Origin: Pseudomonadota bacterium
Lineage (GTDB): Bacteria; Pseudomonadota; Alphaproteobacteria; Micavibrionales; UBA2020
NCBI GenBank assembly: GCA_023444705.1
Contig: JAEXMB010000095.1
Span: 762-64,761 of the forward strand
DNA: 64,000 nt
Direction of reading: 5' to 3'
In this document: in pieces, positions 1-8,547 of the stretch
How positions within the stretch are numbered: position 1 is the first letter of the stretch
Layout: every line of letters starts with the position of its first letter
Position numbers and translations under genes: made by a program
Notes under the pieces: model-generated
The model's database searches: none
What the model saw: only the letters and a program-made list of their open reading frames with translations
What the model was told of the DNA's origin: nothing

Positions 1-62
1 GCCACGGCCTGCGCAAGGGCGGGGTGGTCAAAATCGGCAAGCCCCCTGCACCGGGCAGCTAG
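1..62 (+). CDS. 3' end of an unidentified CDS entering from upstream of the window (...HGLRKGGVVKIGKPPAPGS*)
   Basis: Frame 3 is open from the window edge to TAG at 60-62, with G/C-rich third positions. Too short to identify. Confidence 0.25.
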   Translation, partial: HGLRKGGVVKIGKPPAPGS

Positions 63-163
63 TATCCATAACCAAGCGCAGATTTAGTTATTCCAGTTGG
101 CTTTGACCCACTATATCTGGTATAGACAATGCCAGTAACACAGTATCTTGGGGGTTGCGCATC

Positions 164-610
164 ATGACATCACCGCTGACACTGGCCTTTGCCGCCGACC
201 ATGCAGGATTTGAACTCAAGGGCCTGCTGATCGCCTATGCCAAGGACCGCGGCTTTGCGGTCGTCGACCTTGGCACGCATAGCGGCGAGCGTGTGGATTA
301 CCCCGATTTCGGCGCGTCGCTCGCGCATGCCATTCTCGAAGACAAGGCCGATCTTGGCATCGGCATCTGCGGCAGCGGCATCGGCATTTCCATCGCGCTC
401 AACCGTTTCAAGGGCATTCGCGCGGCACTGTGCCACAACGCGCAGACCGCAACGCTGGCGCGCCAGCATAACGACGCCAACGTGCTGTGCCTTGGTGCGC
501 GTATCATCACTTTCGAAGAAGCGGCGGCATGCTTTGACGCTTTTCTTGACGCATCGTTTGAAGGCGGCCGCCACGGCGACCGCGTCGCCAAGCTGGAGAC
601 CCTGACATGA
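164..610 (+). CDS. rpiB: Ribose-5-phosphate isomerase B
   Basis: LacAB/RpiB family signature: [12 protein letters not shown]..., [28 protein letters not shown]. The ATG at 164 follows a GGGGG run. The track ORF begins at a TTG at 155. Confidence 0.9.
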   Translation: MTSPLTLAFAADHAGFELKGLLIAYAKDRGFAVVDLGTHSGERVDYPDFGASLAHAILEDKADLGIGICGSGIGISIALNRFKGIRAALCHNAQTATLARQHNDANVLCLGARIITFEEAAACFDAFLDASFEGGRHGDRVAKLETLT

Positions 611-636
611 GCCTTGCACGCAAAGAGGTGGCAGAC

Positions 637-1917
637 ATGAACAACGCATTTTTCGGGCAATCGCTGCAAGACGCCGACACTGCCGTATTCAACGCCGTGC
701 AGGCAGAACTCAAGCGCCAGCAAGAGCAGATCGAACTGATCGCCTCGGAAAACATCGTCAGCCGCGCGGTGCTGCAGGCGCAAGGTTCGGTGCTGACCAA
801 CAAATACGCCGAAGGCTATCCCGGCAAGCGCTATTACGGCGGGTGCGAGCATGTCGACGTGGTCGAGCAACTGGCGATCGAGCGCGTGTGCCAGCTCTTT
901 GGATCAAAATTCGCCAACGTCCAGCCACATTCGGGTAGCCAGGCCAATCAGGCCGTGCTGCTGGCGTTGCTGCAGCCGGGTGATGTCGTGCTGGGCCAGT
1001 CGCTGGCCTCGGGCGGCCACCTGACGCACGGCGCCAAGCCCAATATGTCGGGCAAATGGTTTACGGCCGTGCAATACGGCGTACGCGAAGCCGATGCCCT
1101 GATCGACTATGACGAGGTCGAGCGCCTTGCCAAAGAACACAAGCCCAAGCTGATTATCGCGGGCGCTTCCGCCTATCCGCGCCAGATCGACTTCGCGCGC
1201 TTTCGCGCCATCGCCGACAGTGTCGGCGCCTACCTGATGGTTGACATGGCGCATTACGCGGGGTTGATCGCGGCGGGCATTTATCCATCGCCGGTTGCGC
1301 ATGCGCATGTCGTGACCTCGACCACGCACAAGACCTTGCGCGGCCCGCGCGGCGGCATCGTGCTGACCAACGACGAGGACATCGCCAAAAAAATCAACTC
1401 GGCCCTGTTCCCGGGCCTGCAGGGCGGCCCGCTTGAACACGTCATCGCCGCCAAGGCGGTCGCGTTTGGCGAAGCGCTGCAACCCTCGTACAAAACCTAC
1501 ATGCAGGCGGTGCTGGATAACGCGCGCGCGCTATCGGCAACGCTGGTTAAAGGCGGGCTGAACATTGTCTCGGGCGGTACCGATAGTCACCTCGTGCTGG
1601 TCGATCTGCGCCCCAAAGGCGTGACCGGCAAGGACGCCGAACACGCGCTTGAAGCCGCGCGCATGACCTGCAACAAAAACGCCATTCCGTTTGATCCCGC
1701 CAAGCCGACCATTACGTCGGGGGTGCGTCTTGGCACGCCGGCCGCAACCACGCGCGGCTTTGGCGTTGCGGAATTTACCCAAGTGGGCGAGTGGATCGTC
1801 GAGGTGCTTGACGGCCTGGCCAAAAACGGGGCCGAGGGCAATGCGGCGGTTGAACAGGCCGTGGCCGCGCGCGTGGCCGAGCTGTGCCGCCGCTTTCCGA
1901 TCTACGAAGGACTGTAA
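637..1917 (+). CDS. glyA: Serine hydroxymethyltransferase
   Basis: Full-length SHMT similarity: [39 protein letters not shown], and [14 protein letters not shown] containing the PLP lysine. I chose the ATG at 637, preceded by AAGAGGTGG, over the ATG at 607. Confidence 0.95.
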   Translation: MNNAFFGQSLQDADTAVFNAVQAELKRQQEQIELIASENIVSRAVLQAQGSVLTNKYAEGYPGKRYYGGCEHVDVVEQLAIERVCQLFGSKFANVQPHSGSQANQAVLLALLQPGDVVLGQSLASGGHLTHGAKPNMSGKWFTAVQYGVREADALIDYDEVERLAKEHKPKLIIAGASAYPRQIDFARFRAIADSVGAYLMVDMAHYAGLIAAGIYPSPVAHAHVVTSTTHKTLRGPRGGIVLTNDEDIAKKINSALFPGLQGGPLEHVIAAKAVAFGEALQPSYKTYMQAVLDNARALSATLVKGGLNIVSGGTDSHLVLVDLRPKGVTGKDAEHALEAARMTCNKNAIPFDPAKPTITSGVRLGTPAATTRGFGVAEFTQVGEWIVEVLDGLAKNGAEGNAAVEQAVAARVAELCRRFPIYEGL

Positions 1918-1923
1918 GCCGCC

Positions 1924-2397
1924 ATGAAGTGCCCCTTTTGCAACGGCGAAGACACGCAAGTCAAAGACAGCCGCCCCACCGAAGACAATGCCGCCATCCG
2001 CCGCCGCCGCGAATGCCCCAACTGCGACGCGCGCTTTACGACGTTCGAGCGTGTGCAGCTGCGCGAGATCACCGTCATCAAGAACGACGGCAGCCGCGAG
2101 CCGTTTGACCGCGACAAGCTGATGCGCTCCGTGCGCCTGCCGCTGCAAAAGCGCCCGGTCGATGCCGAGACGATGGAGCGCTGCGTCAACCAGATCGTGC
2201 GCGAGCTTGAACAGGGCAACGACGCCGACGCCACCACCAAGCTGATTGGTGAAAAGGTCATGCTGGCGCTGGCCAAGCTTGATCCGGTCGCGTATGTGCG
2301 TTATGCATCCATCTACAAGGACTTCCGCGAGGTCAACGATTACAACGCGTTCCTTGCCACCATCGAGGAAATCGCCAAAAAGGCAGGTAACGGCTAA
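1924..2397 (+). CDS. nrdR: Transcriptional repressor NrdR (zinc ribbon plus ATP-cone)
   Basis: [42 protein letters not shown] is the canonical NrdR N-terminus. An ATP-cone follows. Confidence 0.95.
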   Translation: MKCPFCNGEDTQVKDSRPTEDNAAIRRRRECPNCDARFTTFERVQLREITVIKNDGSREPFDRDKLMRSVRLPLQKRPVDAETMERCVNQIVRELEQGNDADATTKLIGEKVMLALAKLDPVAYVRYASIYKDFREVNDYNAFLATIEEIAKKAGNG

Positions 2398-2927
2398 TGG
2401 TCAAGAAACTTCCCAATCCCGATCGCGTCGCGCCGAAAGTGATCGCGAAAGAGGCTGAAAAGCCCTCGGCCAAGCCGACCAGCGGGTCCGTCAAAGCGCA
2501 AAAGACCGCCGCACGCCTTGCCGCCGTGCAGGTGCTCTACCAGATGCGCCTGAACAATCAAGAAGCGGGCGACGCCGTGCGCGAATTCCTTGTGCATCGC
2601 GTGGGCTTTAATCTTGATGGCGACGTTTTTGTACCTGCCCAGCCGCAATTGCTGCAGGACATCGTTCTGGGCGTGGCCGAGCGCTGGGCCGACGTCAGCC
2701 AGATCCTTGAAACCGCCCTGCGCGACGGCGGGCGCGAGGAGGTCGAGGTCATCCTTGAATGCATCCTGCGTGCCGGTATTTACGAGTTGCTGGCGCATGG
2801 CAGCACCGATGTCGGCATCATCATCCATGACTACATGAACGTGACGACCGGATTTTACGACGGCAAAGAGCCCAAGCTGGTCAACGCCATCCTCGACAAG
2901 GTGGCGAAGAAAGTCCGCGTTTCCTGA
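2397..2927 (+). CDS. nusB: Transcription antitermination factor NusB with a Lys-rich N-terminal extension
   Basis: NusB core: AARLAAVQVLYQM..., ILRAGIYELL, VNAILDKVAK. The start overlaps the nrdR stop (TAATG). Confidence 0.85.
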   Translation: MVKKLPNPDRVAPKVIAKEAEKPSAKPTSGSVKAQKTAARLAAVQVLYQMRLNNQEAGDAVREFLVHRVGFNLDGDVFVPAQPQLLQDIVLGVAERWADVSQILETALRDGGREEVEVILECILRAGIYELLAHGSTDVGIIIHDYMNVTTGFYDGKEPKLVNAILDKVAKKVRVS

Positions 2928-2930
2928 TTT

Positions 2931-3626
2931 TCAAAGTCTGAAGCTGCGCTTCGCCGCCCCGTGCCACGGCGTATTGGGGGCGGGAATGTCGTGCGCGCGG
3001 CCTTCTTTTGCCGCGGCGGCATGCAAGACGCCAAGCGCTGCGGCTTCGATTTCGCCATTGCGCGTGGATTGCAGGTCGCACTTGATCTGGGTTGTTTGAC
3101 CGGATATATCGAGGCGGCTGAAATCAAGACCCGCAAGGTCTTCGGAGGTCAGGTCGAGTATGCCGCGCCCCGCGACCTTTCTGATTGCGCGCGATAGCTC
3201 CATCGCCTGATGGACATGCCTGCCGACCTCGCGCCGCGAGAGGGCTTCCAGTCCGTCCTGCGCCGCAAGGAAATCCGCGCTGTTCAATCTGGTATGTTCG
3301 ACGTCGAAAATGTTCTTATCGGGATTGCGTGCTTGCTCCTGCAACTGTTTGTGCAGGCGGTTCATGTTGCGCACGGCCTTGTCGACAATGTCTTCGTATA
3401 GCTCACATCCGCTGGCGGTAAGGGCTGTGGCATAAACGTCGACGCGCAATTCGTCGGCACCTGTGATGCCAAAACCCGTATAGGCATGCAGGCTGTCATG
3501 CAGGTCGGCGGCAATGCCGTCGGCTTCGCTCGGCAGGGCATAGATACGCTGGAATTCAGCGACCATGTCCGTGACGCTGACGCGTTTACCGGCTTGCTGA
3601 AAATGGTCGCGCAAAGGGGACATCAA
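2931..3626 (-). CDS. Hypothetical protein with a Coq4-like HDxxH-x11-E metal motif and a short pentapeptide-like tail
   Basis: 231-aa ORF with coding-like G/C third positions. It contains LHDSLHAYTGFGITGADE (nt 3450-3500) and EDLAGLDFSRLDISG near the C-terminus. I recognise no other family. Confidence 0.6.
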   Translation of the reverse strand: MMSPLRDHFQQAGKRVSVTDMVAEFQRIYALPSEADGIAADLHDSLHAYTGFGITGADELRVDVYATALTASGCELYEDIVDKAVRNMNRLHKQLQEQARNPDKNIFDVEHTRLNSADFLAAQDGLEALSRREVGRHVHQAMELSRAIRKVAGRGILDLTSEDLAGLDFSRLDISGQTTQIKCDLQSTRNGEIEAAALGVLHAAAAKEGRAHDIPAPNTPWHGAAKRSFRL

Positions 3627-3640
3627 ACACCGTTATATTA

Positions 3641-3654
3641 TTTGACATAATAAT
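3641..3654. repeat. AT-rich 14-mer TTTGACATAATAAT inside an 8-6-8 inverted repeat (3635-3656). An identical 14-mer recurs at 46984-46997.
   Basis: Read directly: atattatt-tgacat-aataatat. The same 14 nt occur in the intergenic region upstream of the prolyl oligopeptidase gene. Confidence 0.5.
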
Positions 3655-3711
3655 ATCAGAGCGTGCGGCACATGTCCAGCGGTGCGCGTGAGTTGCAGAT
3701 AAGACATTGAA

Positions 3712-4884
3712 TTATTTCGAAAGTCTGGCAAGGCCAGCTTCAAGGTCAGCCCTCAAATCCGCCACATCCTCAAGCCCGATGTGCAGGCGCAGGTTAAAGC
3801 CGTCCTCGCTCCACGGCTCGGCGGTACGGATGGGCCTGGGCTGTTCGGGGAACAGCAGGCTTTCAAAACCGCCCCACGAAAAGCCGATCTTGAATAGATC
3901 CATGCCGTCGAGCATCTGCGCGATTTTCGTGCGGTCGGCTTCATGCAACACGATGCCAAAGGTGCCGCTGGCGCCGGTGTAATATTTCTTCCAGTTGTCA
4001 TGACCGCGCGCGCCTTCGATGGCGGGGTGCAACACGCGTTTGACGGCGGGGTGCGTGGCCAGCCATTGCGCGATCTCAAGCGCGGCTTTTTGATGTTGCG
4101 CCATACGCACATGCAACGTGCGCAGGCCGCGGCTGGCAAGGTAGAGTTCTTCCGATCCGCCGCACAGGCCCAGCATCAGTGCGGCGCGCTTGACCGCAGG
4201 CCAGCTGGCTTCGTTGGCCGATACCACGCCGAGCATGGCGTCGGAATGGCCCGAGATATATTTGGTCGCCGACATCACCGACACGTCAATGCCGTGATCC
4301 ATCGGGCGGAAGTTCAGCGGCGTGGCCCAGCTGTTGTCAATCGCGGTTTTGATATTGGCCGCCTTGGCAGCGGCGGTGATCGCGCCCACATCCTGCACCT
4401 CAAACGTCAGCGATCCGGGGCTTTCCATGAAGACCAGACGCGTGGTGTCGCGAAACAGCTTGGTGATGTCGCCGCCGATCAGCGGCGGGTAGTATTCGAC
4501 GTCAACGCCAAAACGGCGCAGGATTTCCTCGCAGCTCTTGCGGCTGGGGCCGTAGCAGTTGTCGACCATCAGCACATGGTCGCCCGCCTTGGTAAAGGCC
4601 ATCAGCGCGGTCAAAATCGCCGACAGGCCCGAACATGTCGATACGCTGTTATGGGCGCCTTCGATGGCGGCAATCGCTTCCTCAAACGCGGCACTGCTGG
4701 GCGTGCCCGCGCGGCCATAGTGAAACGGCGTGTGGGGGACTTTTTCAAATTCTTCGTAGGTGTCAAAGACGATGGTCGACATGCGGTGCGGCGGCACGCT
4801 GACGGCGCCGTGATAACGCTCTGGGTGGCTGCCCGCATGGGTCAGCAGGGTCGCGGTCGGTGTCGGTGTCTTCGCCTTGGTCAT
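3712..4884 (-). CDS. metC: Cystathionine beta-lyase, PLP-dependent Cys/Met metabolism family
   Basis: Has the SATKYISGHSD PLP-lysine motif and similarity to MetC-type enzymes along its length. I chose the start MTKAKTP at 4884, because the upstream extension is Arg/His-rich junk. Confidence 0.85.
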   Translation of the reverse strand: MTKAKTPTPTATLLTHAGSHPERYHGAVSVPPHRMSTIVFDTYEEFEKVPHTPFHYGRAGTPSSAAFEEAIAAIEGAHNSVSTCSGLSAILTALMAFTKAGDHVLMVDNCYGPSRKSCEEILRRFGVDVEYYPPLIGGDITKLFRDTTRLVFMESPGSLTFEVQDVGAITAAAKAANIKTAIDNSWATPLNFRPMDHGIDVSVMSATKYISGHSDAMLGVVSANEASWPAVKRAALMLGLCGGSEELYLASRGLRTLHVRMAQHQKAALEIAQWLATHPAVKRVLHPAIEGARGHDNWKKYYTGASGTFGIVLHEADRTKIAQMLDGMDLFKIGFSWGGFESLLFPEQPRPIRTAEPWSEDGFNLRLHIGLEDVADLRADLEAGLARLSK

Positions 4885-4892
4885 GATGCTGC

Positions 4893-5732
4893 TTACCCTT
4901 CGTCCTTTTCCACCGGCATGCCCGGCGTGGTGGCCCATTCCGACCATGAACCGCCGTAAATGGCGGCGTCGGTGGTGCCGATTTCGTGCAGGGCCAGCGC
5001 GACGACGCATGCGGTGACGCCGCTGCCGCAGGTGCAGGCGATTTTGCCCGTTACCGGCACGCCTTCATGCGCGAAGTGTTGCCTGAGCGCGTCGGCGTTG
5101 TGCAGGCGGCCTGTCTCGGGGTCGATCAGGCTGCCGAAAAAGGCATTGTGCGAACCGGGGATGTGCCCCGACGCCATGCCCGGGCGCGGTTCGGGGATTT
5201 GCCCTGAAAAGCGGCGCGGGTCGCGCGCGTCCAGCACGGCAAAGCTGTTGTCGGTGATGTTGGCCAGCATATCCTCGCGGCGCTTGAACAGTTCAGGGCG
5301 CAAATGTGCCTTGAAAAACACGGGTTGCGGTGCTGCGGTTTTGGGCACCAGCGGCAATCCCGCCGCACGCCATGCGGGCAGGCCGCCGTCAAGCACGCGC
5401 ACGTTGTCGTGGCCGAACAGGCGCAACATCCACCACACGCGCGCGGCAGCAAAGGCCATGCCGGTCTGGTCATAGACGATGACGGTGTCGTCATTGCCGA
5501 TGCCAAGTTTGCCGACTTCTTCGGCAAAGACTTCGGCGGAGGGAATGGTGTGCGCCTGCGGCGCTGCCGTATCGGCGATAAGGTCGATGTCGAAATGCAC
5601 GGCCTTTTCGATGCCAAGGCCCGAAGGTGGCTGGCCGTAAGTCGCGTCGACAATGCGCACGTTGGGCTGGTGCAGGATCGCGGCCAGTTCCTGTGGGGAG
5701 ATCAGTGCCGATGCAGAAGCGGGTGCGGCCAT
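4893..5732 (-). CDS. sseA: 3-mercaptopyruvate sulfurtransferase (tandem rhodanese)
   Basis: Two rhodanese domains. The active-site loop is CTCGSGVTAC, typical of MST (CG[ST]GVTA). I chose the start MAAPASAS at 5732. Confidence 0.85.
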   Translation of the reverse strand: MAAPASASALISPQELAAILHQPNVRIVDATYGQPPSGLGIEKAVHFDIDLIADTAAPQAHTIPSAEVFAEEVGKLGIGNDDTVIVYDQTGMAFAAARVWWMLRLFGHDNVRVLDGGLPAWRAAGLPLVPKTAAPQPVFFKAHLRPELFKRREDMLANITDNSFAVLDARDPRRFSGQIPEPRPGMASGHIPGSHNAFFGSLIDPETGRLHNADALRQHFAHEGVPVTGKIACTCGSGVTACVVALALHEIGTTDAAIYGGSWSEWATTPGMPVEKDEG

Positions 5733-5733
5733 G

Positions 5734-6384
5734 TTATTTGCTCTCCGGCGACAGCCATTGCTCGCGCAGGTGTTCGCGGTGGCGGGCAAACCAGTTCAGG
5801 CCCAGTGCGGCCGCACCGTTGCGGATCAAGCCGGCGTCGAGCATCTCGAACACTTTTTCGGCGGGCAGCAGGTGGGTGCGGATTTCCTCGCCTTCTTCCT
5901 CGACGCCAAAGACGCCGCCGGCATCACTGCGTGCGATGCGGCCAATGAAGACATGGGCCAGTTCGTCAAGACAGCCGGGGCTGGTGAAGAACGAACCGAC
6001 GCTGACAAGGTCAAGCACCTCGCAGCCGGTTTCCTCAAGCGTCTCGCGCTTGGCGGCCTCGATCGGCGTTTCGCCTTCGTCAAGCATGCCTGCCGCGCAT
6101 TCAAGCAGGAAGGCGTTTTCCGGCTCGGCAATAAATGCGCCAAGGCGGAATTGCTCGTTGAGCATGATCTCGTCTGTTTCGGGCACATAAAGGACAACCA
6201 TCGCATAGCCGCCGCAGGAAAAAATCTCGCGCTCCATCTCGGGCGCGAAGCCGTCGAATTTCATGCTGCGCGGCTCGGCGCGCACGATGTCGAGGGTGTG
6301 AAAACCGTCAAACACGCGCTCGCGCGCGGTGATACGGGCGGTAGGCTGGGCGTGCTGGCCGGGCTGGGGGCGGGAAGAAGTCAT
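5734..6384 (-). CDS. Nudix hydrolase, ADP-ribose pyrophosphatase-like
   Basis: Nudix box GMLDEGETPIEAAKRETLEETG. NudF-like architecture with no C-terminal wHTH. Confidence 0.85.
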   Translation of the reverse strand: MTSSRPQPGQHAQPTARITARERVFDGFHTLDIVRAEPRSMKFDGFAPEMEREIFSCGGYAMVVLYVPETDEIMLNEQFRLGAFIAEPENAFLLECAAGMLDEGETPIEAAKRETLEETGCEVLDLVSVGSFFTSPGCLDELAHVFIGRIARSDAGGVFGVEEEGEEIRTHLLPAEKVFEMLDAGLIRNGAAALGLNWFARHREHLREQWLSPESK

Positions 6385-6575
6385 GGTATCGTCTTTCGCT
6401 GGTGTTTTCGGTGCAAAGCGTACTCCTCGGCAATGGGGCGATCAAGGGCAGTGGCACTGCACAAAACTTTACCTAATCACGGGATTTGCAACGTAAAACT
6501 GCTGGTTGGCGCTGGGGGGATCGGCTATAAAGGGCCATCCTTTATTTTTAGTCAGCAACGCGCGGGACCCCCAGC

Positions 6576-7619
6576 ATGGCCTTACCGGATATTCTTTATC
6601 GTGGCAAAACCAAGAACCTGCGCGGCAAGCCGGGTGCCAGTCCCTATATCATCGAATTTTCCGACCGCTACGACGCCTTTGGCTGGGGCGAGATGCCCGA
6701 CGAGTTGCAAGGCAAGGCGGCGGGCCTCGCCTTTCTGGCGTGGTTTTTCTTTGACCATCTGGGCAAACCCGAAAGCTGGCAGGACAACGCGCTCTTCGCC
6801 GCTGTAAATGGCGGCGCGCGTCTGCAACGCCTGCAACGCGACGGCCTTGCGCATCACATGCTGGGCCTTGCGGGTGGGGACCTGCGCCCGCTGTCGCTGG
6901 AACGTGAAATCCTTTCGCCCAGCAAGCTGTTGCTGGTCAAGCCGCTGGCCTATCCTCATGACAGCGTGCGCGACGACCAGCCTGCTGATCGCGTGCTGCC
7001 CTTCGCGCTGCAATTCACTTTTCAGGGCGACAAGCCCGCGATTGCGTTTGTCTCGGACGAGGATGGTAGCGCCATCTCTCCCGCCACCGCGACGTCGAAA
7101 GGCAGGTTGAGCGCGGCAGAGCTGGATGAACTCGAACTCCTCGCCAAGCTGGTGGCGTTGCGCCTGCGCGCGACCTGCAAGCAGGTGGGTGCGGATCTGG
7201 CGCAAGGCACACTGCATTTCGCGGTTACCGGTACGGCCGGTGCCAGCCCGCGCGACTTCATGCTGGTCGACAGCCTTGGCCCGGACGAGTTGCGCATGTA
7301 TATCGGCCAGACCGAGCTGTCGCAGGATGTGTTGTGCCAGGCCTATCGCGGCACCAACTGGATGACCGCGGTCGAAAAGGCCAAGGCGATGGCAAGCGAG
7401 CGCGGAGACCGTGACTGGAAGCGTATTTGCCAGGAAGAACTCAAGGCACAGCCGCCGCTGTTGTCGCCCATCGTCAAGGAAAAGGCCGCAATGGTGTACA
7501 AGAGCCTTGCGCGCGAATTCTGCCAGCGCCAATACGGCAAGCCTGTCTTTGCCACCGCATGGGAGCTGCCGCGCATGGTGGCCAGCCTTGCACCCCGCCC
7601 GCAAAAGGCATCGGCCTGA
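6576..7619 (+). CDS. Divergent SAICAR-synthase-like (PurC-fold) protein
   Basis: The N-terminus LYRGKTKNL...IIEFSDRYDAFGWG parallels PurC LYRGKAKTVY...LEFRNDTSA. LHFAV...MLVDSLGPDELRMY parallels PurC DFKLEFG...LGDEFSPDGSRLWD. At 347 aa it has long insertions and a C-terminal extension. Confidence 0.6.
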   Translation: MALPDILYRGKTKNLRGKPGASPYIIEFSDRYDAFGWGEMPDELQGKAAGLAFLAWFFFDHLGKPESWQDNALFAAVNGGARLQRLQRDGLAHHMLGLAGGDLRPLSLEREILSPSKLLLVKPLAYPHDSVRDDQPADRVLPFALQFTFQGDKPAIAFVSDEDGSAISPATATSKGRLSAAELDELELLAKLVALRLRATCKQVGADLAQGTLHFAVTGTAGASPRDFMLVDSLGPDELRMYIGQTELSQDVLCQAYRGTNWMTAVEKAKAMASERGDRDWKRICQEELKAQPPLLSPIVKEKAAMVYKSLAREFCQRQYGKPVFATAWELPRMVASLAPRPQKASA

Positions 7620-7645
7620 TTTTTTTTCTATAGGGGATAATGACG

Positions 7646-8140
7646 ATGAAACTTGAACAAATCGTCGCCGTCATGGTGCGTATTTTCACGGCTTATCTAT
7701 TTCTGGTTGTCGTGTTCCAGTACGGCATGACGCTGGCGACGCTCATCATGCAAAACCAGCATGTCGACCCCAAGGTCAGCATTGTTTTTGTGTCGACGTT
7801 CTTTGTCTTGCTGGCGATCATCGCACTGCTGTGGTTTTTAGCGGCGCGCGTGGGCAGGGGCATCGTACCCAAGAGCGCCGCGACTGCGGCAACGCCGGTT
7901 ACGATGGAACGTCTTGAGGTGCTGGGCTTTGCCTTGGTCGGCGCCTGGGCCGTCGTTTATACACTGCCCGATTTTTTGCAATACGGCTTCTATGTCTATT
8001 CCCTTGATGCGGCCAGCACCAAGACCAAGATCGGTCTTTACGGGAGCATGGCGCAATGCCTGCTGGGAATTGGCTTGATGGTCGGGGCCGCGCCGCTGGC
8101 GCGGGGCCTGCAAAAACTGCGCTCAAGCGCGGGTAAATAA
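7646..8140 (+). CDS. Hypothetical integral membrane protein (about 4 TM segments)
   Basis: Hydrophobic segments: VMVRIFTAYLFLVVVF, IVFVSTFFVLLAIIALLWFLAA, LGFALVGAWAVVY, CLLGIGLMVGAAPL. AGGGGA lies 8 nt before the ATG at 7646. Confidence 0.6.
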   Translation: MKLEQIVAVMVRIFTAYLFLVVVFQYGMTLATLIMQNQHVDPKVSIVFVSTFFVLLAIIALLWFLAARVGRGIVPKSAATAATPVTMERLEVLGFALVGAWAVVYTLPDFLQYGFYVYSLDAASTKTKIGLYGSMAQCLLGIGLMVGAAPLARGLQKLRSSAGK

Positions 8141-8141
8141 T

Positions 8142-8174
8142 AAAAAAGCCGCCCTCGACGGGGCGGCTTTTTTT
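8142..8174. terminator. Bidirectional rho-independent terminator between convergent genes
   Basis: The stem AGCCGCCC/GGGCGGCT (8147-8154 / 8161-8168) has loop tcgacg. It is flanked by an A-run on the 5' side and a T-run on the 3' side. Confidence 0.65.
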
Positions 8175-8189
8175 GTGCCTCATAACTGA

Positions 8190-8426
8190 CTAGCGTGCAT
8201 TGCCGAAGGGCGAGCCCTTTTTGATGCCATCCATTTTGACGGGTGCGGGGGCAAGGCGTGCCGCCGCGCGTGCCTCGTGACCGGCAAAGACCGAGGCGAG
8301 GTTGACCGTGGGGCCGCTGCTATAGGATTGTTGCTGCACGGGGGCGACAAAGTCCTGCACCATGCGCATCGCGGCTTTGCCTGAATCGACCACTTCGTTG
8401 AATACTGCTCTTAAACTGAAAGCCAT
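8190..8426 (-). CDS. Small hypothetical protein (78 aa from MAFSLRAVFNE)
   Basis: ORF with GGGGGA 5 nt upstream of the ATG at 8426. I see no recognisable family. Confidence 0.4.
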   Translation of the reverse strand: MAFSLRAVFNEVVDSGKAAMRMVQDFVAPVQQQSYSSGPTVNLASVFAGHEARAAARLAPAPVKMDGIKKGSPFGNAR

Positions 8427-8547
8427 GATGTCCCCCATAGGTTCGTGCTTCATTTAAATCCTATGCCGGAACTGTATCTATGTAAACCGTTTTTATCGAA
8501 AATATTTTTATCAAACGGCTGGGATCATTAAACCTTTTTTAAGGAAG

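Noticed and set aside
5734-6384. The Nudix protein as the NrtR-type regulator of the nadV palindrome
   Set aside because: At 216 aa it ends right after the Nudix fold, with no C-terminal winged-helix domain. It also lies 18 kb away, in a sulfur-metabolism operon.
6385-6575. Possible riboswitch or attenuator upstream of the PurC-like gene (imperfect GGATcGGC…GCCATCC hairpin followed by TTTATTTTT)
   Set aside because: The stem needs a bulge and overlaps a good TATAAA -10 candidate. I found no match to ZTP (no CCGCCTGGGC-type 3' subdomain) or purine riboswitch cores, so the evidence is insufficient.
8490-8512. Direct repeat TTTTTATC occurring twice, 15 nt apart, downstream of the ABC-F gene
   Set aside because: It is a short low-complexity AT repeat in a promoter-like spacer. 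It is not array-like, and the stem (CCGTTT/AAACGG) is weak.
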